A DNA stretch of 64,000 nt from NCBI RefSeq assembly GCF_046119375.1, contig NW_027362773.1, positions 135,098,001 to 135,162,000 of the forward strand, given 5' to 3'. The stretch is from Phyllobates terribilis. Its lineage: Eukaryota. Made by a program: the position numbers and the translations under genes. A model generated the notes under the pieces. The model searched no databases. It had not been told where the DNA came from and saw nothing but the letters and a program-made list of their open reading frames with translations. This document shows positions 20,454-32,063 of the stretch, piece after piece. Within the stretch, counting starts at the first letter, position 1. The number at the start of each line of letters is the position of its first letter.

Positions 20454-21507
20454 ATGTCGGATACGGAGGAGAACTTCACCGCCACAGCCGCCATACCAGA
20501 TTGCAGAGCTGCTAGCGGTGCTCCAGAAGGAAGAACCGGAGTACGCGCAGGCCGCGCTGGAGGAGCTGAACAGGAGGATGACCTGGGCGCAACGAGACGT
20601 GCTCGCCGGGTGGAAGGAGGAGTTGACCCGGCGCACGCTGACCTGCCAACCGGAGGTGCAGCCACCATCCAGCACCGCGTCCATCCCGAGAGGCAGCAGA
20701 AGCGGACCGGAGGCCGGGGACGACGCCGCGGGGGAGGCCGCAACGACAAGTAAGGGGAAAGCCGTTACTCCGGGCCCTGAGGCCGCGGACCTGCCCCTAC
20801 CTCCCGCCGCGGGACCCAAAGCTCTGGGTGCCGCACCGCCCACCGTACCTCCACCACCAGTAGTCAGCCCTCCAGCAGCAAGCTCTGCAGCGGAGCCTCG
20901 CCCTGAACCGTGCTCCCCAACACCGGGCACGATCAGAAAGTCACCGGCCTGGTTAAAAGGCCGAGTGCCCGCGGGCGCTGCACCCCAGCCGGGGCCCCCA
21001 GTCGTGCCATCATTGGGGAAAGACCTGTATGAGCAGCACACCTGCCCGGATGGGACACCATTCGTCTGGCCGCCTGGGTACACCAACCCCCGCTCCAGGA
21101 AGAGTCACCCCGTAGGAGTGGCTCCACATTAAAAACGTGGAGCAGAAGACAAAGGGCCGCCAGGACCCCCTCCCCGTACAGCTCATGGTCCCCGAGTCAC
21201 CGGGACTGTTGTTAAGTTTCACATGGCATGTGGCTGGGGCATCATCTAAGACCTGAAGACCATAAGCCGGGTGTTTGTTAACCGGAGCGACGTAGAGTCC
21301 CACCTACCGGAGGGGCACAGTGGACGGGACCTGGTGCCTGGAGATACCGTCACCTATACCAGGCATAAGGGAGTGAAGGGGTGGTACGCCCTTCATGTCC
21401 ACCGGGTCAAGGAGGAGGAGGAGCTATCGTACCAGGAGGAGAAGAAAGAGGGCCCGGACGGGTCTGAACCTGAGGAAGAGAAAGGAGCGTGTGGAGGACA
21501 CCGTTAA
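20454..21507 (+). pseudogene. Disrupted ORF: helical N-terminus, Pro/Ala-rich linker, cold-shock domain, acidic tail
   Basis: ORFs 20518-21132 and 21271-21507 are in the same frame, separated only by TAA at 21130 and TAA at 21247. 21196-21408 translates VTGTVVKFHMACGWGII*DLKTISRVFVNRSDVESHLPEGHSGRDLVPGDTVTYTRHKGVKGWYALHVHRV, collinear with CspA/YBX cold-shock domains. The start codon (ATG 20454, different frame) is uncertain. Confidence 0.8.
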
Positions 21508-24500
21508 TCGTAAACGGTAAAAGAGGAGATGTAAATAGTTACCCGACCGGGTATAAGGACTGTTGTGGGACTGTTTCCACTAAGAGTGTGGTCCCCGTTG
21601 GGACAGAAAGAGAACTGTTGCCTATTTTTGCCCTAATCCCTAACCTGACCGAGGACTGAGAGCGGTCATCCCTTCCCTCTACCTGGCCGAAGACTGAGAG
21701 CGGCCAGATCCCAAGATCCCAAGAACCCGAGAATTCAAGAATGTTTTATTTGAGAATGCCTTAATGTGAAATTTGATATGATGCCAAAGTTTTACATAGT
21801 GTTTTTGTAAAAGAGTTCCGGTGGCATTAGCCAGCTGTTGAGAAAACCTCCCATAAAGGGATGGATGAAAGTTGATGTGTTTTATGTGTACGTACACTTT
21901 AAAAATTGTTTTTACTCTATTTCAGCCCGAGGACGTGCTGTGGTTTACCAGGGGGGAATGTAGCACCCCGAGGGCTCGGCTGCTACAGGGGAATTGCACC
22001 TCGAACCAGAGGTGTGGTAATCCACTCCCGGGTAAGGATGGAGTGTGGACTAGAATTCAGTTAGCTGCATGCACCACATACATCCCATTTCCGGGGGACA
22101 GATCAACGGTACTCCCACCAGATAGATGTGCAGGTACGACAGCGTCTGTCCCTGGCTGGAGTGGGAGGGGGGGAGGAATATCCCAGTGGTGCAGGAGCAG
22201 AGAGGGGAGGGACTCTGGGCATAGGAAGGAGCCCATTGGTGGCTAGTCACCTGGGCTCGGGTGTCAGAGAGAGTATAAAAGGTGGGCACCATCTTAGGAG
22301 TGAGGGGAGTTCAGTCAGACAGAAGAAGAGGAGAAGAGTAGTGACAGGGAGCAGCAGCCCTGTCTGGGTGCTGCTCCTGAAGGGAGCAAGAGAGAGAAAG
22401 ACAAAAGGAACAAGGAACAAGGAAGGAATGGAACCTGGAGAAAGGCCCAGAGACATGAAGGAAGAGGGAACCCTAACACGCTAGGAGTCTGCGGGTGAAG
22501 GGTTGGCAGATCAGGGTACCGGATCCCAAACTGGTGGAGGCCACTTATCCTCAGCCAGGAACCGGAGGTCGTGGCCACGTCTTGGCGCGACCACTCACTA
22601 CACTCACCACGAAGGCACGCCACATAGGGTCAGGGAAACCGGAGAAAGGTTTCGCCACCAGAAGGCCCGAGGAAGCTGGACATGGGTGGGTCCCTAGTGG
22701 GGACGGCCAGAGAAAGGAACGGAGAAAGGAGTTCAAGGTCACACTCTGGAACTGCCTGGGGGTTGGTCGAGCCCCGTACCTGGTGGACGCAGCACGGCTC
22801 GGGTCGTCATCACCTGCAGGACTGACACTGATAACATCTGTGAGTAAAGCATTGAAAACTGCAATCAGTCTCTGTGTTCCATCGCACTACCAGCACTAAA
22901 GGTACCGGGATGCTCTTTCTATCACTCCCTTCACCCGCACCAGCTGCCCTGAGGCCATACCTCTCCCGTTGGGGGTTATACCACCATTGCTGCACACATA
23001 CCGCCGGCCTCAGCGGACTGTTCTGCAGCGGCGGCCTTGCGACCGCAAATCAACGGGTGGCGTAGTCGACACTTAAACAACATCTACAAAGACTGCCACA
23101 CACTTAGTTTGACCACCCTGGGCACGGACCGGGTCCCCGCCACTCGGAGACTACTACCCCCATCGGATCCGGCTCTGGGTATTCCCCCGCGCACACGTGC
23201 GCCGCACTACAGCACTGGCCCAGGGGGCGCGTCACTTGCATTCCAAGTAACAGAAAACTAAGCAGATGGTAGCCTCTATCATCGTCATGGCCTCACCTCG
23301 GCACTATGAACTCTACTGAAGGAGAAGCCAAGGCCCACCAGAGGAGTTTCCAGTTCTCTGGTGGGCCCATTCAGTCCTGCCGAGAAGCAGCCCTGGCAAT
23401 CAAAAGTGTGGGGGAAGGTTCCCGGACACTCTATGGCTGCTTTTTTAATGTGGATTGGACATGCTTATGCATATTATTTCTCAAACCGCATTGCAGATCA
23501 GGCCATTGCCCAACACTGTATTCATGAAATTAAATGTGCAAAGAAAGATGTTTGTATGTCAAAGCACCACCGACAAGTGTGAGTTGATGTTGGACGGGCT
23601 GCCATTGCTTCTGCAACAACCTGCATTAGAGGACTTCCTGGGAGAAATACCACCCAGGGTGGATACATTTTCCCTCTATGCCAGTCCTTTCACCGAGATA
23701 AATACAACTGTCAGCAAAAAAATCTGTGGACTGGCTTCGTATCATCCCTGGCCACATTCATCTGGAGAAATAGTGGAGGATGAGGACGGAGTATGGGCAT
23801 CCGGTCGCCGCCACCATAAGATTGTGGACAGCTTCCATCTCCACAAGCCTAAAAGGCCACATTTCAAGTGCAAGCAGCCGCCCAGAAATCTGGCAGTTTA
23901 GTATTGCGGCCTGTGGGATTGTGGGTGGCTGGCTGCATACTTGCGCTTGCATTCGAAGTAACAGAAAACTAAGCAGATGGTGGCCTCTATCATCGTCATG
24001 GCCTCACCTCAGCACTATGAACTCTCCTGAAGGAGAAGCCAAGGCCCACCAGAGTTGTTTCCGGTTCTCTGGTGGGCCAGTCCAGCCCTGCCAAGAAGCA
24101 GCTTTGGCAATGAAAAGTGTGGGGGAAGGTTCCCGGACACTCTTTGGCTGCTTTTTTTATGTGGATCGGCCATGCTTATGTATGTTATTTCTCAAACCGT
24201 ATTGCAGATCAGTCCATTGCCCAACTCTGTAGTCATGAAATTAAATGCGCAAAGAAAGATGTTTGTGTGTCAAAGCACCACCGACAAGTGCGAGTTGATG
24301 TTGGACGGGCTGCCATTGCTTCTGCAACAAGCTGCATTAGAGGACTTACTGGGAAAAATAACACCCAGGGTAGATACAGTTTCCCTCTATGCCAGTCTGT
24401 TCACCGAGCTAAATACAACTCTCAGCAAAAAAAAGCTGTGGACTGGCTCCGTACCATCCCTGGCCACATTTACCTGGAGAAATAGTGGCGGCTGAGGACG

Positions 24501-26082
24501 GAGTATGGACACCCGGTCGCCGCCGCCATAAGATTGTGGACAGCTTCCGTCTCCACGAGCCTACAAGGCCACATTTCAAGTGCAAGTAACTGTCGAAAAT
24601 TTGGCAGTATAGTATTGCAGCCTGTGGGTGGGTGGCTGCATACTTGCGTTTGCATATCAAGGAATGGGTTTAGGGACAACTGAACGCTGCTCTGGGACAA
24701 GGACGTGGACGGTGATTGCTGCAAGTCTGCAATGACAGGTGCATGGTGGGAGGCATCTTTGCATGCGCCAAGGGTCAGTTATGATGGGCACACTTTTAGG
24801 CAGTGACCTGGGAGTCAAAGATGCTTCCAGAGGTCTTTCCCATGACTTTTCAGGACTGTATGTATGTGTCTGAGGAGCTGTCACACACCACAAGGCCAGA
24901 TAAGGTTGTAAAATGTTAAAATGAAATTTCCTGGTGAATGCATTTGTCTTGGTTGAAAGCAATGCAAAAGTGCAAAAACGCATCAAAAACGCTACGTGTG
25001 AACATATCCCAAGGTGTGGAGGGGTATTTTTGGTTTTGGTTATTTATTTTGCCTTGTATGCAAGTCATTACCCTGGAAAGGATGTTCCTTAACATATGTC
25101 CCAGGAAAATCCATTTTGGTTTCGGTTTTGTATGTTTTATTGTGAGTCCGTAAAAGTGGCATAATACTCTGACAACGTTGTTGACAACAGTGACCTGGGA
25201 GTCAGAAATGCTTCAAGGGGTCTTCCACATGCTGTTCCCATGTCATTTGAGCACTGTTTCCATCGATTTGGGCAATTTTTAGTCCCTCTAAAGACCGCCG
25301 GCGGGAGCCGCCTGAAAAATGCACGCGTTTCCCATAGACTTACATTGGGCTCATTGCTCGGGTCGAGCACCCGAGTATTCCAATTTGCTTGACCCGAGCA
25401 ACGAGTACCCGAGCATTTTAGTGCTCGCTCATCACTAGCTATGAAATTTCTCATACAGATCACAGCACACACATTTCTTATTACACAAACAGCAGTAACA
25501 ACAATATGGAGGAGATTATACAACAGTACTGAGCAGTGCAGATGTGAGTACAACTCTTGAGTGTGGGAAAAAAAACCTCAGAAGTCTTATTGGAAGGCTT
25601 GGCATGATATTTCTGCATTTCTCTGCTTGTCGTCTCACTCAGCTTCTCATTCCAATTATCTCTCTCTTCTCCATAGAGTATAATAGGAGGTGTAACTTAG
25701 CCACCTCACTGTGCTAGAAGTTCATCTTATCTTTAGCTAGACAGAGTTATTAAAGCTGTTTTTTTTTGTTTTTTTTCATAGTGGACAGTGAATTCAAGAT
25801 TAAGGGAAAAAAAAGTGACTCATCAGTGGAGAAAAAAGCAGAATTCTCTGATAAGACATGTTACAAAGTTTTTTATCTTCCCTTGATCAATTGGTTTATG
25901 CAAAGTCTGTTGGAAATACAACTTTTATTCATTTTGTTTGCCACTTGTTTCTTACCGACGCTGATAGATCCTATTGAATTTAAATATGATTGCTCAGGTT
26001 TAGATCTTTGTATTTTGTTGGAATAAATAGAATAAAAAAAAATAAAGTAAACTATAGTTTATTTCAAATAAAAATTATTTAC

Positions 26083-26177
26083 CCTGTAGTACATATTTGG
26101 CTCCACTAGAGGATGACATGGGCTGAACACCCCAGTAGGATCCACAAGTAGTCCACACCAATGCCTCGCATATTGAG
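26083..26177 (-). CDS. Gel-forming mucin exon (start of C8 domain after VWD2)
   Basis: 95 nt, cag/gt flanks, phase 1-0. Translates (A)QYARHWCGLLVDPTGVFSPCHPLVEPNMYYR. Confidence 0.9.
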
Positions 26178-27594
26178 CTGAAAAATAAAAATTTGAAGAA
26201 TTTCTGATTTCAGAATTTTTTCTTTTCATTCACATAGGAAAAGGTTTATCTGTTAGCCTATCTCACACAAACATGCCTTTGAGCCAATAGAATAGGAAGC
26301 CAATAATATCATCAAGTTATTTTTTTGGATGTTTGTATGCTTTTGGTTCTAGCTCCCTTACACAAAGATAATGAGCAATTATCAATTTAGGCTATGTACA
26401 CACGCAACATTTTTTTATGCAGAAAATAAGCTGTGTCTTACAGTACAAACAAAAGCTATGAGATTTTAGAAAGCTCATGCACGTTTGTTTTTTGTCCTCT
26501 CTGAATTTACGCACTACAGCATTTTTAAATTCTGGAGCGTGTCAGTTTTTTCAGTGTTCTTGCAGCATTTTTTTTTTCCAAAGTGGAGGGTGAATTCAGT
26601 ATTAAGGGAAAAGAGAAGTGACTCATAAGTGGAGAAAAAAGCAGAATAGAAAGCAATGAGGCAATGAGGGCTTGCCGCATTTTTGCAGTGTTTTTGTGGT
26701 GTTTTTTGGTGAATAAAACTAACTTTATCAAACCATACATATATTCCGCACCCCCCCCCCCAAAAAATGGAATACAAAAGCACCAAAAAAAGAGAAATAA
26801 AATCCAGCAAAATCTGCATTTTGATTGTATTTTTACTACCAATAGAGCAGGTTTTGGCTGCAGAAAAAATGCTGCGTGTGAACTATGGCAGCTAGGCTAT
26901 GCTTCCACGATGAGCATTTGGTGCATTTTCTTTAGTATTTAGATAGATTATGTTACTTCCCTTTTCATTGAATTTTTTTGGCATCTTTTACTTGCGTTTT
27001 TATTGCATTTTTTCCTCTGCAGATTTTGTTTCCTCCTGGTATGTGAAATTTTAAATAAAATAACTTTGTTTTGGAAACTTCCTCATTGCTGACTTTATGG
27101 AAAAAGTCATGTGCACCTTACAAGTGTTTTTACTGTGAAAAAAGAATAATAACGCATGTGCATTGTTTATATGTAGATTTTCTGCATCTCTTTTAAGTTT
27201 ATGGGGAGAATCTTCAAATAAAATACACATTAACCGCAAGAAGACTTGAAATGCTACAAAATACAACAGGTCAAATTCGAAAACATTAAAAAAATCTCAT
27301 CTACTTTGCTGGAATTGTGATACACATATTTTATGTGCGAAAAAGATGTAGTAGTAAAAATGCACCAAATACTTATCATGGTAACTTAGCCTTAAAGAGG
27401 GATTGTCCAGGTTTGGCATGAAAGTCGGCAGTAACTGTAGAATTGCAAATCCTCACAGCACTCATAGTGTGCACTGTCAGGATTTTCCGATGCCGGCGGT
27501 GATACTGGGCAGTCATGTGAAGGCAAGGATGCAATTTTTACATACTTCCGGTCACATTCCCACTAGACCTGAGCAGCCTTGCTCAGAACCCTTG

Positions 27595-28350
27595 TGTAAG
27601 GGGGAAGACCGGAGTGTAAGTACTTTCAGAACAAGGGATCCGGAACTACCAGGGCCGTGCCTCTGGTTGCAGGGGGAAGACAGACTGCGAGCACAGGAAT
27701 AAGGTGACAGGGAAGCTGGGGGCGTGTCCAGAGCCAGAGCTCAGGGGTCAGGTGACCGGGGAGCTGGAGGCGTGTCTAGGAAGAGGGAGAAAAAGGAATT
27801 TTGCAAAAAGCAGGCAGTTGACAGTGGGAGTAAAGCCCGACTAGAGGGAGAAGAGACACAGGGTCCGTGGAGCCGAGCAAGTGAGGTGCAGTGTTATGGG
27901 CTAGGGGCTCAGTGGGTCAAACCGGAGACTGCCCGCTGCCACCAGAAGATGTGGAGCCGAGCAAGTGAGGTGCAGTGTTATGGACTAGGGGATCAGTGGG
28001 TCAAACCATAGACCGCCCGCTGCTGCCAGAAGACGGAGCATTGTTTAGGTGGGGAAGCCAGAAGAAAACAACAGCATCAGCTGGCATCTGCCTTGTTAGG
28101 AATAAGAGTCAGCAAAGTGTAAAACTGCCGATTACAACCGTGTCGACTCTACTACATCTAGCCAAACTGTGAATTGTCGTTTATAGTCTGTTACCTGCTG
28201 CTCCCCTTGTTGTCCCTATATTTCCCCATATTTCCCCTGTTACTCCCTGCGTGGAGATTGACCCTGTTACAGTAAATCCCCCTTGTTTATTAACCCTATA
28301 CTGGCTGCTCTGTGTTTCTGTGTCTCTGCATCTAAAGTACCTGTGTTACA
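27595..28350. mobile_element. Solo LTR inserted in a TTAA-type MITE
   Basis: TGTAAG...GTTACA ends; 4-bp TSD CTTG at 27591-27594 and 28351-28354. Confidence 0.8.
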
Positions 28351-28661
28351 CTTGTATTGAGTGAGGCCGCACACATATAGTCGGAATGTGGCCGGAAGTA
28401 TGTATATCACATACTCGCTGTCACATTATGGATTACATCATTGTAGCTCATTTAATTTTCAAGGCTACTATTAGGTTATGTGCGCTCTATGTCTTCAAGC
28501 CACACACTGTGGATTTTGTTCTCTAAGTTTCAGCCAATGGGGTTGTTTCAGACAAATGGCACAATTACAGAACTTGCCGTAGCAAAACCTGCAGCAAATA
28601 TGCAACGTGTGAACAAACTCTAAGTCGCTTAAAGAGATTATGGATGACATCAATTACCCAC

Positions 28662-28826
28662 CATTTTCTACAGAAAGACTACACGGATCGTCAATTATGT
28701 CATGAATGCTTGGACAATCAGAACTCAATCTCCATGTGTTGACAAAAGCGGCCGCCGTGCCCTCGGTAATATTAATCATAGTCTTGAAGTCATCATCTTG
28801 CTTGTTGTTGAAATTTCCACAAAGTC
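28662..28826 (-). CDS. Gel-forming mucin exon (VWD2 C-terminal part)
   Basis: 165 nt, phase 1-1. Translates GLCGNFNNKQDDDFKTMINITEGTAAAFVNTWRLSSDCPSIHDIIDDPCSLSVEN, a typical MUC2/MUC5 GLCGNF...FxNTW...DPCS segment. Confidence 0.93.
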
Positions 28827-29269
28827 CTGAAAAATAGGTCAATGTTAGCGGAATACATAAATGCATTATTATTGGCTAATAGGTAATTTGATAACATTTG
28901 ACATCATTTGTATTAATCAAGGCTCATAAAAAAGCCATAGACATTTCCATGCAGTAAAAAAAGTATTTTGCAAAACGTTAAATTGTTGTTGCAGCAATGA
29001 TATTTTTAAATTTACTAATACCAAACTTAATAAGTTGTCAATCGGGTTGACTGGGACTTAGATATTGATGGGAATGCATTTTATTTCTCATTCAAGTGAA
29101 TAACGTACCCCACTATGGCCATGAAACAATGTATAGGGCTGTTGTATTCTGCCTCATACATTGCTTATATCTGGCAACTGCTGGAGCAGATGTCAGCAGA
29201 TCAATGGGGATCCCCACCAATTTCATATTGGTAGTTTATCAATATCTATGTCCTACACAAACCCTTTAA

Positions 29270-30943
29270 AGGGGTGGCCCAAAATACAAATTAATTCTCA
29301 TCCTAAATCTCTATCTATTTAATGCCATAATCTAAGCTATTTTCTAATTACTTAAATTAAAAATTCCCTATCCCTCCTTAACTATACTACCTAACTGCTT
29401 TTCTTTTTTTATCCTTCTTCCTTTTTCATGATGCTTTGTTTGATAATTCTAGTGCACGCTGAGATACTCAAACGAAGCGTCATCAGAGGCCTCAGCCACT
29501 GCCCCCTTTGTTGCCAGCTCATTACTACTGATCTGAGCCAGCGAGAAAGCGTGCTGTCATTGTGCACATCACACAGTTACAGAGAAGGGACTAGCCCAGT
29601 GTAGCATACCTGGCGGCGTTCTTGCATAGGGCACCATCTCCCACTATGCAAGATCGCAAACTTGATCATCAGTCCAGTCTGCTAGCCTGGCTTCTTTCCA
29701 TGCTGTCTGTTTGTCTCTGTTATGACTGCCTAGGGCAGCGGCCCGGTCACTTCCTGTTTCTTGTAGCTGCTGTGGGCACACCCCTAATGCGTCCTCAGCC
29801 TATTGCTGTCATTCATGGATATTTAAACCAGCTTCACCTGGAGGCTGATGCCTGAGCAACGCTATCATTCAGTGTTCTGCCTTTCTCTGAATGTGCCAGG
29901 TCCTGTTCTGTTCTTGTCTGTTTCCACCACTCTGGGGACTGTATTCCCAGACTGGCTCCTGTATCTCCTTCAGTAGCAGTTCCTGTCTGAACTGTATCCT
30001 AGCCTGTTCGTCCCGCCTTCTAGGGGCCGCATATCTAGACCTGTTGTCTGTGTTTTCTTGCCTGTCTGTCCACCTTCCTGGAGGCTGTATTTCCAGGCCA
30101 GTCTGAACACGCTCCTAGCCTGTTCGTTCCACCTTTTCTGGGGGCCGCATACCCAGACTCGCTCCTGTATCTCACTGCAGTGTCAGTTTCTGTCTGAAGA
30201 CTCAGTTCCTGTCTGAACACTCTCCTAGCCTGTTTCCTGTTTTTCTCTATGTCCGTACCTTCCCTTTTTCTGCAGAGTCTGAACCTGCACCTAACTCCTA
30301 CTCGTTGTCGCTGTACTTCCGTTTGTGAGTTTAGAAGTACAGACTGCAGACTGCCCGCCTGTCTGCATATCTTTCGTGCCTGCCTATACCCACCAGTCAG
30401 TGTGCCAGCCTAACCTGCATGTTCCAGTATTCTCCGGTGTGGGTCAACAGCCATGTCCGGAGTCTGACCTGGAGTAGCACCTGGTCCCTCTGCTCGGTTC
30501 CTCCCTGGTGCACTGGCGTCGTTAGCCGTCGTGCGACCTTGGTCGGATCGGGTAGATACTTAGTTACGCCCCTCCAGGCACTCTCCGGTTCATGGTCCAG
30601 TGGGATCACTAAACATGCCTATGCCAGTCAGTCCGGGCGTGTGCATAACACCCAGCCCGTGAAATGGGTGTCACTGATGATGCTTCATTTCAGGAAGGGG
30701 GCAGGGAGTGAAACAGTGACTATAGCCTCTGCCTCCTGATGACGCTTTATTTGAGTAACCCAGCATGCACTGGGATTCTTAAACGGAGCGTCTTAAAAAA
30801 GGAAGTAGGAAAACAAAAAAAATTGTGCATTTAGGGAAGGATAGGGAATTGTTACTTCAAGTATAATAGAAAATAGTTTACATTATGGCACTAAATAGAT
30901 AGGGATTTAGGATGAAAATTCATTTGTCTTTCAAACCACGCCT
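29270..30943. mobile_element. T2/Kolobok-type MITE with TTAA-like flanks, containing a solo LTR
   Basis: TTAA|AGGGGTGG...CCACGCCT|TTAG; about 200-bp inverted arms. Confidence 0.7.
29600..30650 (+). mobile_element. Solo LTR (Gypsy-like)
   Basis: TGTAGC...ATAACA ends; 5-bp TSD CCCAG at 29595-29599 and 30651-30655; TATTTAAA at about 29820. Confidence 0.82.
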
Positions 30944-32063
30944 TTAGCTAAAGATGCATGCACATTTTATTTCAGGTTCAAGTACTGCACTGGAGTATCT
31001 CAGTAGCACAATGTGTAGACCAATCAAGAAATTAATTGGCCACATACTATTCTTTGCTTCAGCCATAGCCACTGGGGAACCATATTTCATCTCTTATGTG
31101 TCCTTTTTTACCTAATCTGTTGGTTCAACATGTTTGGCTTTAAAATTAATACTCTGTCACAAGATGTCTATGCTATTTATGTCTGTGTGTGGCTAACCCA
31201 ATGGCTGTGATGTGAATTGCAGCCCGTCCTTAACCAAATTCTAGAAAAGGTAAGTAAAGGCAAGTAAAACAAATTGAAGGCTATGCGTCTCTTAGCTGAC
31301 TCTTATCAAGAACGGACATTTCTTCATTTTTTTTTTTTTTTTTCTGCTACTCAGTCCACAAAAAACATGGACATGTCAACAGCCTCATGGACTATTAGAG
31401 GTACATTTTCTTTCTGTATAAAACATGAAAAGACATCATATGTGAAAAAAGGATGTCTGAATTGGTTCCCCATCTAGGTGTCTGTCCCAGGGACAAGTAG
31501 TCTCTGAATTACTAGTAGGAAATTGATATTAGGTAATTCTCTAATTTTGGACTGGGCAAGTGTCACCTGCTGAAAGGAAGCACAATATATAGCAAAGAGT
31601 ATAAAATGATGGAGGAAAAAGAGGCAGGAAAAAAATGGAAATCCATGTTTGACATTTTAACAGTTTGTAATAACTGGATGATGAATGGATTTGCAGCTAT
31701 CTAATAATAGCTTATCTTCCAGCCATGGGGCAGCAGCAGCTGGTTTTCTTCATGCCTTCATTGGGGTTGTGCCTGTCACAAGTCCATCAGGTGAGTGTAA
31801 CCAGCACTCTCTTACTCTCCCTCCATAGGGTATCACCCTATTATGCGCTCTGTTTCCCACATTTAGATCTACACTAATAATAGCTAGCATAGCTTCTTTT
31901 AAAGGGGATTGTCCTGTTAAACCAACCCCTTTAAGGACATCTCAAAAATATGAAGTAATTAATGCACACAATTTTGATTGGCAAACTCAAGGCATAAAAG
32001 TGTGTATATGGTAAATAAGGCCTACTTGACAGCAAATGTTATCCTACAATTAGCTGCAATGTA

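Larger units (their letters stand above)
18751..23234 (+). mobile_element. Non-autonomous LTR retroelement with long LTRs (18751-20025 and 21959-23234) and a 1.9-kb internal region lacking RT and integrase
   Basis: TG...CA LTRs of 1275 and 1276 bp with about 8 substitutions plus 1 indel. 4-bp TSD CTTG at 18747-18750 and 23235-23238. PPT AGGGGGGAA at 21950-21958. TATAAAA at 19066 with ATTGG 40 nt upstream. Confidence 0.95.
18500..25437 (-). mobile_element. Decayed hAT element carrying tandem copies of a transposase segment, interrupted by the LTR element
   Basis: TIR CGCTCATCACTA at 25437. Minus-strand peptides STSLSQSSVQLS, KRKYAATHPQA, LLALEMWPCRLVETEAVHNLMAAA...RHYFSR align with the hAT ORF at 43030-43260. 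Left limit is approximate. Confidence 0.75.

Noticed and set aside
20439-21086. 215-aa antisense ORF in the LTR element interior
   Set aside because: GC-rich shadow of the plus-strand ORF with no recognisable domain.
23361-23582. Plus-strand peptide superficially like a BED finger
   Set aside because: The minus strand aligns collinearly with the hAT transposase core, so the plus-strand reading is coincidental.
26380-27395. Short palindromic AT-rich MITE-like elements (GGCTATGT...CACACG type), also near 28465, 34030-34860 and 53400
   Set aside because: Probably real Harbinger-type MITEs, but too decayed to give defensible ends or TSDs by eye.
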